The position numbers and the translations under genes were made by a program. A stretch of DNA of 63,652 nucleotides, the filler included, from Reticulomyxa filosa (taxonomy: Eukaryota > Protista > Foraminifera), in the NCBI GenBank assembly GCA_000512085.1. It is 22 parts of 22 records of this genome, joined end to end, with 100 filler letters (N's around TTAATTAATTAA, not from the genome) between each part and the next. Parts side by side here need not be neighbours in the genome. Positions count along the whole stretch, not along the records: positions 11,368 to 15,442 come from ASPP01022519.1; positions 15,543 to 16,848 come from ASPP01004131.1; positions 16,949 to 18,687 come from ASPP01021472.1; positions 18,788 to 21,920 come from ASPP01007043.1; positions 22,021 to 33,953 come from ASPP01001304.1; 17 more parts are not named here. One strand, written 5' to 3'. The notes below the pieces were generated by a model. It had not been told where the DNA came from. It was given only the letters and a program-made list of their open reading frames with translations, and made no database searches. This document shows positions 11,691 to 25,201 of this stretch, piece after piece; position 1 is the stretch's first letter; each line of letters begins with the position of its first letter.

Positions 11691-14600
11691 TATATATGTG
11701 TATGTCATGTATTTATTTGTCCCATCCCAAAAAAAAGAATTGTTAGTGTTTTTAAAGTGAAAAAAAGAAATGGAAGTGAAATTCAGCTACTCTCAGTTAT
11801 GAATATATTTTGTTGTATGTGTTTAAAAGATATAAAATGTAACTTTGTTTGTTTATGTGATATAGGTCAGGCGCAACAAAGACGTGGCAGTGCTGGTTAT
11901 CTTGAAAGGGGCTGGAAAATATGGGGAAAAAAAAAAGTGATGGAGGGAAAAAAAATAAGTGATGGAGGGGAAAACAAAAGTGATGATGGAGGGAAAAAAA
12001 AAGCATAAGGGGGAAAATAAATAAGGGGGGAAGAAAAAAAATGAAATAATAAAAAAAAGAAATAGAATAATAAATTAAAAAAAGGGAAGAAAAAAAAAAT
12101 GGAATAATAAAAAAGAAAAAAAAAGATTATGGAAAAAGAAAAAAATAAAAGTGTTAGAAAAAAATATAAAAAAGTTAATAATGAAAAAGATATAAAGAAA
12201 AAAAAATAAGAAAATTATATTTGAATTTTAATTTTTTAAATTTAATATTATAAAAATGATTATATCCCTCGTGGGATAACAACACAGTTAAGTATATTTT
12301 TTTCTTTGTTTTTTTTAAAAATATCAATGTGACAACAAATTTATGATATTATAGAAAAGACAAAGATGGGACCAACGATTCAGATCCAATGTCAATGGTA
12401 ATTGTAATCATGGAATCAACAACAAAGCGACTAGAACGTGGAGAAAAACGATAGAATGGATAACATTAAATGTACCAATTCTTCATTGATGAAGAATATA
12501 ATAATAATATCAATTTATTATTTCAATTCTATATTCATTTATTATTAGACGATTCGATTGGCGAAGATATTGAATTGTAGTACAAGAAGTGGGCAATTCA
12601 AGGGATCAATAGCACAGCTAACAATGTAAATATTCCTGTCTATGTGTTCAATACAGTAGCTGTTTTAGTGTCTCCAACTTTATCACAAATGTCGACCTGG
12701 ATATTTTAGGTACATAAACACACATACAACAGTCTGTTAAGTATAGCTTCTATAGACATATATGCAATAAATATACAGGATTTCAAAATACAAATGATTC
12801 GCTTTCTACAGCCTCTTGAAAGATATTTTCAACATACAAGATTTTCATGGGACAGACACGTATTAAAAAAAAATTAACGGCCACCAGCAACGACAACTGC
12901 ACCTTCCGACCACACTGCCCAAAGAATTTATCTAGACATGCACATGTCAAACAAAGTTGTCAATGTAAACAACAACTTGCGATTCAAGGTCATTGTTAAT
13001 GCGGTTTCAATTCTTTTGCGCCAGCGACTTTGTTGCTCTTCCAATTGGCTGTCGATTATATCACATTTGTCCGAGGAGTTAGTACATTGTATTCAAGTCG
13101 AGCAAGTGTCCCATGTCGTCGATATTTCGTGCTTAAGAATTGAAGTTGCCTCCAAGATGCAGTATAGAAATATGCAAGACCAAGTTCCACATTGCAAACT
13201 CACTCCGACAGTTTACCTTTTTTCTCCATTTGGCTGTGATATTTGTATATAAGTATGTGCTTGAGTGAATACTTTTTCTTGAATAATATCCAGTTAGTGC
13301 GTCCTGTGAAAATAGTTTTGAAACAACAAACAATATCAAGCAAGTGAAAGCGTGTATATTATCAACAAGTTGTACAGAGCAGAGTCTTTATATAACATAT
13401 ATCAATTGTTGACTATGTCTTGATAAATAGTCAGTATTTGAATGGTGAATAGAAGCATTGAATGTCTTACCGTCGGCTGCAGATAATATTGGCACTATTT
13501 GTGAGCAACCCGATCTCATTCGACAATACGCTGCTTACATTCGCTCCTCTCCAAATTGTATTGATGCATACAGTCAATATCGAACATGTCCAGTTAACAT
13601 ATTCACACGGGCCAGCAAACGAGTGAATTTGGATCGTGATCAGCAGCATTGGAATAGACTACACGAATTGATCATTTGGCGTCCAAGAAGCAACTGAAAT
13701 TGATTTCCCAGCCGCAAGATATCGTCCATATCACCACCAAAAATTACAAAAACAATATGGATCAAATATATGGACATATCCAGCGCAATTTATATTGTCC
13801 AGCTTGGTATTTTCTTGGCCTATTGCAATCAAAGCTCAAAAGTAGATTGTTTGTGTAAGTGCACAAACCAATCAACATAATATATACAGTTCATGAAAGA
13901 TAACTTCATCATAGCTTTGACGAATGTAAGTGCGAGCGGCAAAGAAAAGAGGACGCTTTCAAGTAAATGTATACTCTGTGGAGAATTCCTCATGGTACGT
14001 AATCCTGCCATTACCCGAATTCAAGACAGAAAATGCATTCACCGACCCCAGAACAATCAAAAGAAAGGTACACAAAAGGACAAACCTCAATCAAGCACGA
14101 AGGACAGCAGCTTTATCTGAATGTATGTGCTATTTTTATCATATTTTCAGTTTTTGTGAAATATCTTAACTAAAACAATGTGAATACGTATTATTTATTT
14201 GTAGAATGATCTACTTTAGGTTTATAATGAAAAAAATGGGGAGATGAAGAAGTCAAGAAAGAAGCAAAAGTGTGGGCCAATAGATTGTAGTATATGGATT
14301 ATGGCAATAACTATGACAACTGGCAACAAAGCGCGAAAAAGTATTATCATATCGAGAGATGCGATAAGATAACGATGATCACCATAATAAATCCGCTTCA
14401 CCAAGACTTTGAGTGAGCCTTGTATGATATGTACGTAAAGAAACACGAGCGACAATGAATTGCGTTGTGTTTATAATCTTACGACATCACTCAAATTAGC
14501 ACGCAATACTTTCAATCAATTCACGCCAACTAGTCAATTGGTATGATTCGTCGAATATTTGTTGACATCTTTTACGTATATTAATAATTATGGTGTGTCA

Positions 14601-15274
14601 ATATCAGAAGTCACACAAAACAAAGATACAACGAAACATTTCCAAGATAAAATTAATATAACTTTGGTGCTGACTCTGTGGAGAGAATATCACTGCAATT
14701 TGATTAGTTGCTGTGCAATACAAGTCCCATCCTTGCATTAATAGCAAATGAATGACGACCTGTATTTCCAAGGACCACTCTATCTCGCAAAACACGTGAA
14801 CAACCTCACCACCGTAAACACGAATGCGACACATTATTTTATGTTGGAGCAACGCCGACCCTCTTGCATCCATCCGTACGAAGAGACAAAAAATTGAAGC
14901 AAAATACGAAGAAGTGTGTGATTGAATGGCAATGATACAAGCTCTTGTTGCAAAATCAAACATTGGTTCCATTCAATGAAGCACTTTATGATTGTAATGA
15001 ACTAGCTAATCAATTTTATTTTTAGTTTTTTCATAATCAACTGAAAGAGTTCAGTTTAGTCAGTTTTGTTAGGACTGTGTTCGGTTTTGTTTGGCACTCG
15101 TGTGTTGACTTCAAATTTAATTTATTCAAATTATTTGATTGATATTTTCTTGAATTCTTTTGCACAATGTAATTTCTCTAAGATATCTGCAACATTCACT
15201 TCAAACAAAGTTTGAGAAAAAACAATTTTTGGAGTTCAACTTTAAAAAGAAAAAACACATAACCCTCTTTCAAC

Positions 15275-15352
15275 ATGTCCGTTCATTTTAGCGAACTTCA
15301 TGCCGTGAAAGGTTGTTTAAAATGGTCAAATAATGGCAAATTCTTGGCAACG
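15275..15352 (+). CDS. First exon of a WD40 protein, possibly WRAP73/WDR8-like
   Basis: MSVHFSELHAVKGCLKWSNNGKFLAT followed by a GT donor; resembles the recalled WRAP73 N-terminus (FSE...KFSPDGKYLA). Confidence 0.4.
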
Positions 15353-15572
15353 GTAAATACTACTACAAAAAACAAAAAGAAAAGTACGTGGTAAGTTTTT
15401 GGTTTGTTTGTTGATCGAATCTTGACCGGAACAGACCGAAAGNNNNNNNNNNNNNNNNNNNNNNNNNNNNNNNNNNNNNNNNNNNNTTAATTAATTAANN
15501 NNNNNNNNNNNNNNNNNNNNNNNNNNNNNNNNNNNNNNNNNNACATTACTACTTTTTTTTCCTTTCGTTTTC

Positions 15573-16284
15573 TCACACAACACAAACATAAAAAAGATCA
15601 GAACCATTGCTTTTGTGATTGTGATGCAAGTATAAACTGCGTTCCCATTTGCGTTCAGACAATTCGTTTTTTATAGTCATCAAAAAAAAAAAATGGTTGT
15701 AACCCCAAAAAAAAAAAAAAAAAAAATGTTGTAAATGATGATAAGAAGAAGGAGAAAGAAATTGTCGGAACGAGGCAGAAGAATGAGCTGAGCGAATTCG
15801 AAAGTGCTGCTGCTTTGGCTCTGCATTTCGGTCATTGACAACATTGTGTTGAAACAGTGGTACATGGTTTTTCATCGCGGTTACAGTTCTCCAGTTCTCA
15901 CCATTGGCACTATGCCTTTTGTTCCCTTGTAGTTGTGCTCCTTTGCTGTTCTGGCTGGTCTCCTCTTTTTTCTTGTTGTTATTATTGTTGATGGGGATTT
16001 GTTACTTACACAGTTTTGAGTTTGAAAGCTGAAGTGTTTTATTGGGGTCAAGGGAGGATGTTGCATTTGTGTTTTTTGTTCACCTCACTCTCTTTCGCTA
16101 GGCCTTTTGTTAAGATAGATGCTTCGTGTTCGGTTGTCAATAAAGGAGCAAGCTTTGTTTCCTCCTTTTCAGATGCCAATGGAGCCGTCATTGAGCACTC
16201 GTTATCTCCTTGCTCCAAAAAAAATCTAAAGTAAAAAAGCTGGTACACAACTGTACGGACGCGTGATATGGCATCACACGAACT
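15573..16284 (-). CDS. Fragment of a multi-exon hypothetical protein
   Basis: Low-complexity open frames (EQGDNECSMTAPLASEKEETK...) with intron-like interruptions. Confidence 0.35.
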
Positions 16285-16948
16285 TACACTGAAAGAAGTA
16301 GTAGTCGCTCTGTTGATTGAAAGTAAGCTTCACCTGCTTTAATTAACAATGTAAGGCTAACCAATATATTTGTCTATTCATTGCATGAGCTCAAATTAAA
16401 ATATTTGTCCATCCAAATAAAAGCAAAACTACTCTAGAATCATCGGTGTCAGTCTGAGAATATTTTAAGCTAAAGTGATATATACTGCTCACAGATTTGT
16501 TTTATTTATTTTATTGTATTAATTGAAGTGGAACAATTATTTTTTAATACATACTGCAATGTTTTAGATTATGTTGGCAAACTTGCTCAAGTTTATCCTG
16601 ATTGAACAATGTACTTCTAAAAAAATAATATGTTTACAAAATCATATTGCCGAAGCTAGAGGTTGATAAATATTAGTTATTCCAATAAAATACTTGACAT
16701 TGCATTGATTGAAACAAACTTCATGCAACTACATAGCTATAATTTCTATTATTTCTGTTATTTACATATAATTGTCTATATAGTGAAAAACTAACCGTAT
16801 ATTACAAAAAAAACTGCCATATCTAAATGGCACTATATGAAGAGAATCNNNNNNNNNNNNNNNNNNNNNNNNNNNNNNNNNNNNNNNNNNNNTTAATTAA
16901 TTAANNNNNNNNNNNNNNNNNNNNNNNNNNNNNNNNNNNNNNNNNNNN

Positions 16949-17262
16949 TAAAATGCGCTTTTACTGTCGTTGAATCCATAAATATTATATCCATCTGCCC
17001 ATATTCTCTTGGACAATCTCTCCAGGGCAATGATACTGACATCATCTTTAGCATGGCGCAAAAACACTCGTAATGACCAATTTTAGGAGGCCTACCTCCC
17101 AATGGCTTTGTCTCTCTTTCTATTATTGGCAATATTTCTTTCTCAAACACTTCTTTATTTAATGGGTATAGCCGGTTCTTCATAAAAGTTGCTCTCAACA
17201 GCATTCATTTATGCTATTTTCATGCTCCTGGCTTTTTAGTCAATAGGTTTGTTAACAGTCCC
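16949..17262 (-). mobile_element. Bacterial IS5-family element, left end, with an internally deleted transposase
   Basis: GGRPPKI...LPWRDCPREYG and IFMDSTTVKAH are IS5 transposase motifs; terminus reads TA|GGGACTGTTAACAAA on the minus strand at 17262. Confidence 0.85.
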
Positions 17263-17349
17263 TAATAGGCTCGAGTTCATTGTTTCACACAACTTAGCAT
17301 ATTATTTTTCTATTCTCTTATCCATTACTGACGTTATATAGAATAATTC

Positions 17350-17616
17350 TTAATACCGTGAAAGAGGCAAGTAACGCTATTAGTGAGTATATGAATTTTT
17401 ATAACACGTTTAGGTTGCATCAATCTTTAGGATATCAAACTCCGGAGCATGTGTATTTCTCAACTGTTAAAAAAAGTCCTATAGCTGAGATAAAAAAGCC
17501 TAAAGACTTTTTTATCAATTCAAAGGAAAAACTAGCAACAAATTTATCAACAATATGGAAAATATTATATCTCAAATTATCTAAAAAGTTGTCTTGACAA
17601 AGGGAAACACCTTACA
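17350..17616 (+). mobile_element. Bacterial IS3-family element, 3' remnant with right end
   Basis: AISEYMNFYNTFRLHQSLGYQTPE is the IS3 integrase C-terminus; ends TGTCTTGACAAAGGGAAACACCTTACA, an IS3-type terminus ending in CA. Confidence 0.85.
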
Positions 17617-17657
17617 CAGGCAGCTTTGAGGTTAACCAAAAATAAATTTCGTTGGCC

Positions 17658-18687
17658 TTAGATATAAAAGATATCCTTTAAATGCAATGATTTTTTTGTT
17701 ACTTCTAAATCTAAACAGCTGATTTGATTATTAAGATCACTTAGCTTTTTAAAAAGCTCTATTCCTGCAGTTTTATTGGATATATCATCAATACTATGCT
17801 TAACCTTTGTTCTTGCTTCTAAATTGGTTTTACCAAAGTATTTCTTCATTACATATGACTCATATAAACTTTGATGCAAGCCTTTATTTTTACTATCATA
17901 AACCAAACTATGTGGTGATAACCAGGTATTATTGGTGACTAGGTGCTTAATACAATATCTATCACCATCATCTTCAAATCTTTTTTCTAAAACATAGGAA
18001 TTAAATTCATACTTTTCCTTTGACTCAGAAATATTGTTTTTGATATATTCGACTATTTTATCATTAGTTTTTTGTACTATGAGTTCTTTTTGTTTCTCTA
18101 TGTTTTGGGATAAATTATTTTTATCTAGCTCCCTATCTCCTACTCCATATGCACCATTTAGTATGTCCTCTACCACATCTTGCTTAACTAACCATGAAAA
18201 TACAGCTTTAAAACCTGTTTTTGTTGGTTTTTCCCCCATTAAGAACTTGCTACTGTTTACCTTAAGGGCGTAGTTTTTCCATTTTTCTAGATCCTCACTA
18301 AAAGTTTCTTTGTAGAGATGGTAAAGTTTAACATTTGTGTTCTTGCTGCAGTATGCTTTAATTGGTTTAATACTGTATCGAAATTCTTCGTTCCATATGG
18401 TAACCATCTCTTTTGCTATCTTCTGCTGCTCATCACTTGCTTTTAGAGTAACTACAAGTTCATTTGGTTTTGATGTATAAGTTCTTTTGGAGACAGATTT
18501 TTGATTACCATTGTTTTGAGAGTATTTTCTTTCTACTACTGTTTCTTGTAATTTCTTATTTAAATTCTCTTCTTCTAAATTTGAATTTTGGGTAGTCTTT
18601 TCTTTATAAGAAGACATATTTGTATAGTTATTATTTTGTATACTATTATAGACTGGTTGATTTTCGACTAATCGATTGGTTGATTTT
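17658..18687 (-). CDS. Intronless bacterial replication-initiator-like protein (Rickettsiales/Holosporales plasmid type), 5' truncated by the contig end
   Basis: Frame stays open from the annotated ATG (18617) to the contig edge. Motif block MVTIWNE...LEKWKNYALKVNSSKFLMGE...FKAVFSWLV...ILNGAY resembles rickettsial plasmid DnaA-like/Rep proteins as recalled; flanked by IS elements. Confidence 0.55.
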
Positions 18688-18787
18688 NNNNNNNNNNNNN
18701 NNNNNNNNNNNNNNNNNNNNNNNNNNNNNNNTTAATTAATTAANNNNNNNNNNNNNNNNNNNNNNNNNNNNNNNNNNNNNNNNNNNN

Positions 18788-20427
18788 CGAAACTTTTAAA
18801 ACAAAAACAAAAAAAAAAAACAAACAAACAAACTTTCATTTGTCAATAATGAGCCAACAGAATATTGAGGTACGCTTTGAGTTTGAGCAGGACTTGTGTG
18901 ACGAAGAGCATGATCATTGGATTTGTTATTCTTATTATTGTTGTTATCATTACTATTGTTATTGTTATTGTTATTGTTATTGTTATTATTAGTGTGAGAG
19001 CGATGGCGTGAATGCGCAGAATGAGAATGGTGTTGTGTGATCGCATGATTGAGTGTTTTGACATACTCATCGGCGGCCGACTTGAGCGAGTGTGTGGCGT
19101 TCAAATGTCCAATGATGGTTCGAGTGACATCAAACGAAGGAGACGAGGACATCGAAGGCGGGGATCGCGAGTGAGAATACGGCGGCAGCAATGGCGGGCT
19201 TTGTTTCACAGGAGACAATCGCGCTTCATTCAACACAACTCTGGACGATTTGGGCTTGTGTGTGGTTGTCTTGGTGGCGACCACTACTGTTTTCTCCGTC
19301 TTCTTTTCGTCGCTGTCACCTTGACTGCCACTTGCCAAGTGATCGCCGTCGCCACTTCGCAACTGCTTCGGCAACACCAAGTTTTGGAACGTCTGCGGCG
19401 TCAAATAGATGAGACCTTGCGTGGTCACTACGCGTTTCGTGGCGGCTGGCAGTCGATCGATTATCATGTGTCGCTCTTGGCTGGTCAATGGCAGCAACTG
19501 TGACAGCAACAAGTCTACTATGCCAAGATTTGAATGACGTATAATATGAAATATGTCCAACACTGAGCTAATGTTTTGTTTTGTTTTTTTTTAACACACA
19601 CACACACACATACAGATATTGTCATTATATATATGTACATATATACATATATGTATTGTATATTTTACTTTTTTTTTTTTGCGTTCATATGCATAGGTTT
19701 GTCGTATTGTAAAAATATGCATATTATCCTTCCCCCCCCCTCCCTCTCTCCTCTCCTGTTATTCACTTTGTGGTATTCAATGTGCGAAACTTACAAACAC
19801 ATAAGATATATGGAATTGACATGTGTGTGTGTGTGTGTGTGCGTGTATGTGTTATGTATGGGATTTTAATTAACTTGCTCAAAACAATTTGTTTAAAAAC
19901 GTCGTTTGGCACCAACGAGATCAGACCTTTGTCACCGCAAAATTGTTTCGTCTTTGCGTACAACGCTGTCGACACTACCACGCATACGCCACAAGCCCCG
20001 ATAATAATTAGCATTGCTCCGATCTGATCTCGTTCCAAAAAAAAAAAAAATGCTTGGCTTTGTTCTTACAGATACATGTTCTTTTTGTTTATGTTTTCTT
20101 TTTTGGCTCACACAAAACTGTAAAATGAAGCGGGATCACATGGAGCACAAAAAATACTCCTGTCACCGCAGGAACGCAAAATAATCCTACTCCAATTGCT
20201 GTCGATGCTGGGATTTCACCACAATACTCCATTATCACCGTCTTCCCTTTTGTCAGTTGCTCCACTAATGGCTCATATCTCACCAGCGCGTCTTCGTACA
20301 GCTCTTTCATTCCTGTTATCAACGCTTTACCGAATGGTTCAATTTCTTGTTCTATTTCTTCTATCTCATCCTTATCCTTTTTTTTTATTTCGGTAGGTAA
20401 GTCTGCAGGCATTGAAGCATGAGACAT
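18788..20427 (-). CDS. Multi-exon hypothetical protein with hydrophobic segments and a poly-Asn low-complexity tail
   Basis: ATG at 20427 (MSHASMPADL); exons around 20160-20427, 19875-20035 and 18860-19568; AAT/AAC repeats encode poly-N. Confidence 0.5.
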
Positions 20428-20791
20428 CGGAATAGTCTTATTCCAATTCAAACTTTTTTTAAAGACTGAAACACAATTGTAAACGTTGCTGTTTGTGTAT
20501 TTTCTCAATCTCAAAAAACAATACCGCTTAATTTGGGCTAATATTCAAAAAAAGAGGAGGAGAAAAAAAATGTATTGTTTCAAAGATTTTTTTGAACAGT
20601 AAAATATACCTTATAGCTTAAAATGTGCTAAAAAAAAATTTTTATCTCAAATAAGTCCGAATGTGTTGTTAACTGTAAATTTTGAATATTGTGTCCAAAT
20701 TGACGAATTTTACTTAGTATAATGATTTTGCGTGGTTAGCTTAAAAAGTTAAAACAAAAAGGAAGCCCTCTCACAATAAAAAAATAATATA

Positions 20792-21770
20792 ATGATCCGC
20801 AGGTTGTGTGTCCGAACATTTCTTCGCCACCCTACTTTTATACCAGTTATGCTGTCAATATTTTTTTCCCCAGCATTTTACAAGCTCTAATATCTTTGCA
20901 AAAAAAGTGAAACTTTGTAACAGGCAAAAAGCACACATAGACAAATTGAAGCAAAATAAAAATGAACAGCGCCCTCAGCTGCAGTATGTGTACGGAATCC
21001 ACCGCAACTTTAGTCAAAGCGTCAAAACGTTTATGTGTCCAGAGCCAGGTGAAGGAACAGTAGAGGTGAAAATAAATGAATGGTTAATAAAGCCAGGCGA
21101 CAAAGTAAAAGATGGGGACGAAGTTAAATTTTTTTTTTTTTTTTTTTTTAATATCCCCTTTTTCCCCCCTTTTTTGATTAAGAAAAACTCTATATCCAAA
21201 ACAAAAGTGAAAAAAAAAAATGAATAAAAAGATTGGCACGGCGTCGTACGAAAAAGCGGACTTTGTGATTTATGCTCCATATGATGGAATAGTCCATGAA
21301 TTTTGTGTGAAGGCCGGAGGAATGGCGACGGTTCACAAGCCATTGATAAAGTTTGAGGTGGCGGCAGGAGAGGGGAAAAAAGACCACAGCCACGGAGCAG
21401 CGGGAAATGAGAAGAGCAAAGGTGACGAGACAAAGAAAAGTTTGGACGACAAGTCAAGCCAAAGTGCGAATGCGAGTGCGAGCGCAAGTGCAAGTGCAAG
21501 CTCCAATCCAGTGGACATCAAAGCATTGCCAGCTGCGAGAAAATTAGCGAAAGAGCACGGCGTGGATTTGGCGTCGATCAAGGCGACTGGTAGTCATGGT
21601 CACGTCCTAAAAGAGGACGTGTTGGCCTTTGTGGAACAACTCAAATCCCATCCCGTCACTACTACTGCCGCTGCTACTACTACTACTACTACTACTACTG
21701 CCACGCCAAAGGCGTCCGTACAAAGCACTAAGATTAAGTTGCCTACGCTTTTGGACAAAGACTTTGTTGT
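20792..21770 (+). CDS. DBT: Mitochondrial 2-oxoacid dehydrogenase E2 subunit (most like branched-chain DBT), 5' part
   Basis: Targeting-like MIRRLCVRTFLRH; lipoyl domain PEPGEGTVEVKINEWLIKPGDKV...YEKADFVIYAPYDG; subunit-binding domain ALPAARKLAKEHGVDLASIKATGSHGHVLKEDV. Confidence 0.75.
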
Positions 21771-22020
21771 TAAGTTGTTGTTGTTTTTTTTTTAAGGAAG
21801 GGGAGGGGGGGGGGCCAGATAGCTTTAGGTGTTATACCTTTTTGAATTTGCTTTTGTGTTTATTATAATTTGATACTACTTTTTTTTTTTCCCCCAATTA
21901 TATACATATATCTGAAACAANNNNNNNNNNNNNNNNNNNNNNNNNNNNNNNNNNNNNNNNNNNNTTAATTAATTAANNNNNNNNNNNNNNNNNNNNNNNN
22001 NNNNNNNNNNNNNNNNNNNN

Positions 22021-22662
<642 letters not shown>

Positions 22663-23302
22663 TTATATTATATATATGTATGTATATACATTCCATAAGT
22701 ATGTGTATGTGTTCCGTCCTCAAAAAGGCTACAACAAAATTACGTCGTACCAGTTTAGCCAAACAATGGGAACAAGTGCAGAAAAATGTAGTTAAAGTGA
22801 ATGAAGCGAGAATCAATGCAAACAACGTGCTTTATCAAATCCAACTTCAACATGATGATTTGAACTTTAACCGAACTAAAACTCTTTCCTTTTGTCCTAA
22901 GCTTGTTTGTACTACATGTATCTTCTTCAAAAGAAATTCAGAAATAAAAAAAGACAACAAAGACATGTTGTCTACAGTTTAGGACAAGAGACAGACAACA
23001 ACAAATACTTTTGAATTTCCTTGTCTTAAACGGATTCTATTCTTTTGGCACATAGAAATTGCTGTTTTTAATTTTTTCCCTGAAACAACTGCAGTAATCT
23101 TACGACTATTTCGTTAATAATGTAATGTTACATTGTTTGTGTAACATTCAATACATACCGCATAAAATAGATTGTTTGTCTCTTTTTAAGTCTTTTCAAA
23201 TGTAACATCAACCCCAAATGTTTACTGCAATTTCATAAATTGGTCCTGCCAAGATTCTACTGGATATCACCTTTGATGAGCTTTGACTTAAATACTGACG
23301 AA

Positions 23303-25201
23303 ATGGACTATTCAAGACAACAGTTTGTGGGTCATAGCGTCCAGACTGAGCGATATGTGCAGCCGTCAAATGCTGCGTCAGCAGTATCATCCTGGCCATT
23401 GTCAGGGAACACAGCGAGCACTTCAGACTCTAACTCGCATTTAAATTTTTTGTTGACTAACTTTTCGTCTTGTGGTTACTTGACACCTCGAGATCCAGAA
23501 GGTGCAGTCCAGTGCATTTCCAGCATGGAGGGGATGTGGAAGCCACGTTTCAAATACCCCCACAAATTTTTGTCGAACACATTACAAGGTACAATTGAAA
23601 ACGAGTTGATCACTAAAATTTTTTAGAAACAGGAGGGAAAGAGGGGGGGGGCATTTCTAGTTTCATTTTTTTAAAAAAAAATTGTTCCTAGTGTGACTCA
23701 TTGTAAAGATGTTTAAAATGAATTAGGTGCAGCGGTGGTATGTTATGACGAGAAAGATGGCACGTCACGATGTGTGAAAGTAGGCATAAGAAGTTTGGTG
23801 GAGAAGCAGAAATCGGTGAAGCAAAGCTCAATATCAGAGAATTTTTTACGAGAGCAGTTGTTGCTGAAGAAGATATGCGAGATGAAAGACTGTCCAAATA
23901 CAATTAGTAAATACATTTGCCATTGGGAAAGCAATTTGTTTTATTACTTGGCCACTGAGTATTGTGCCGGGGGAAATCTGTTTCATTACATGGTCCATGT
24001 TTTGCACGCTCATCCAAAATTCCAACCAAGTTCTTTTTTTGTAAACAATTAGCCCCTTTTTTTTTTTATTAAAAAAAAAAAATTGAATTAGATCGAACTA
24101 AATTGGAGGAGGGAAAAAAAAAAAACCATTAACTGGTTTTGATTAGATTTGCGCCAACAATTGGTAATGTCAGCCAATCCGTTTGCATATTGCCCAAAGG
24201 AGGATACGTACTTGCGTTTGCAAATGATACAACACGTATTTGGACAAATCGTATCAACAGTCGCGTGGCTGCATAGCAAACATATATGTCATTTGGACTT
24301 GTCTTTGGAAAACGTGTTAATTCGAAATGAAGATATCTTCCACCCCCAAATCCAAATAATCGATTTCGGGGTCAGCATTGACTTTAGCAACAACAATGAT
24401 AGTAATCACAACGAAGGGGAAGAAGAAAGACAAGAACAAGAATCCAATGCAAATACGAATACAAGTGCGAATACAAATGCAAATAGTGGAATGATTGGCA
24501 GTAGCAATGCGGAAACGAGACGAAAGAGAAAGTCCATATTTGAAATGAACTGCGACAAACATGGGAATATCCGTCATTGCGAAAACGTTGGAAAGCCAGG
24601 ATATAAGGCGTTTGAAGTGCGCATGAGCGATGAAACACGACGGAAGATGCGTGTCGCAGAGATATCAGAAAAACGTGCTCAACTGTTGCTGGCACGCACG
24701 CAGGTGCAACAACAGCATGGAGCGAATGAATCAATGGAGATGGTGATTCACATGTATGACATGCTGTTACGGGATGGGATTAAGGACAGTTATAACCCTT
24801 TTAAGGCGGACATTTGGACTTTAGGCGTCATTCTTTACTTGCTATTGTTTTGCCGCTATCCTTTTCGCCATGCTGATTTGGATGATGACATGTTTCTTGT
24901 TATTTTACAAAAGCGCTTGCTGCAGTATTTGTTAGAGCAAAAAGCACTTTGCTGGATAACTTTTGAAACGTTTGATGTCTTGAACCAAATGTTGCAACCC
25001 GAATTTACACGCATTAACACCACGCAGTTGTCCGTGCATCCGTTTTGTTCATTTCCCAATAGTGTACAGTCAACAAATAACGCTGACAAGGCAAAAAAAG
25101 AAACACGTTTTCCAAAATATCAAAAAAAACAAAGAAAACGTGCTTCTTGGGATCAATCACGTGATTACTACTCTTCCAACAGCTGCTCATCAGCAATCTA
25201 A
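23303..25201 (+). CDS. Ser/Thr protein kinase (CAMK-like, HxDLSLEN type) with large inserts
   Basis: NTLQG Gly-loop variant, CVK, EYCAGGNLF, HLDLSLEN, DFG, VGKPGYKAFE, KADIWTLGVILY, QPEFTRI. Confidence 0.85.

Noticed and set aside
11920-12220. Purine-rich A/G tract
   Set aside because: Low-complexity sequence with no consistent unit or credible product.
12300-15000. Possible reverse transcriptase or 7TM remnants (e.g. AADNI, MDISSA)
   Set aside because: Motif resemblances are too short and out of order; the region looks decayed but cannot be assigned.
19012-19503. Arg-rich 163-aa ORF on the + strand
   Set aside because: Antisense shadow of the Ser/Pro/Thr-rich minus-strand exon.
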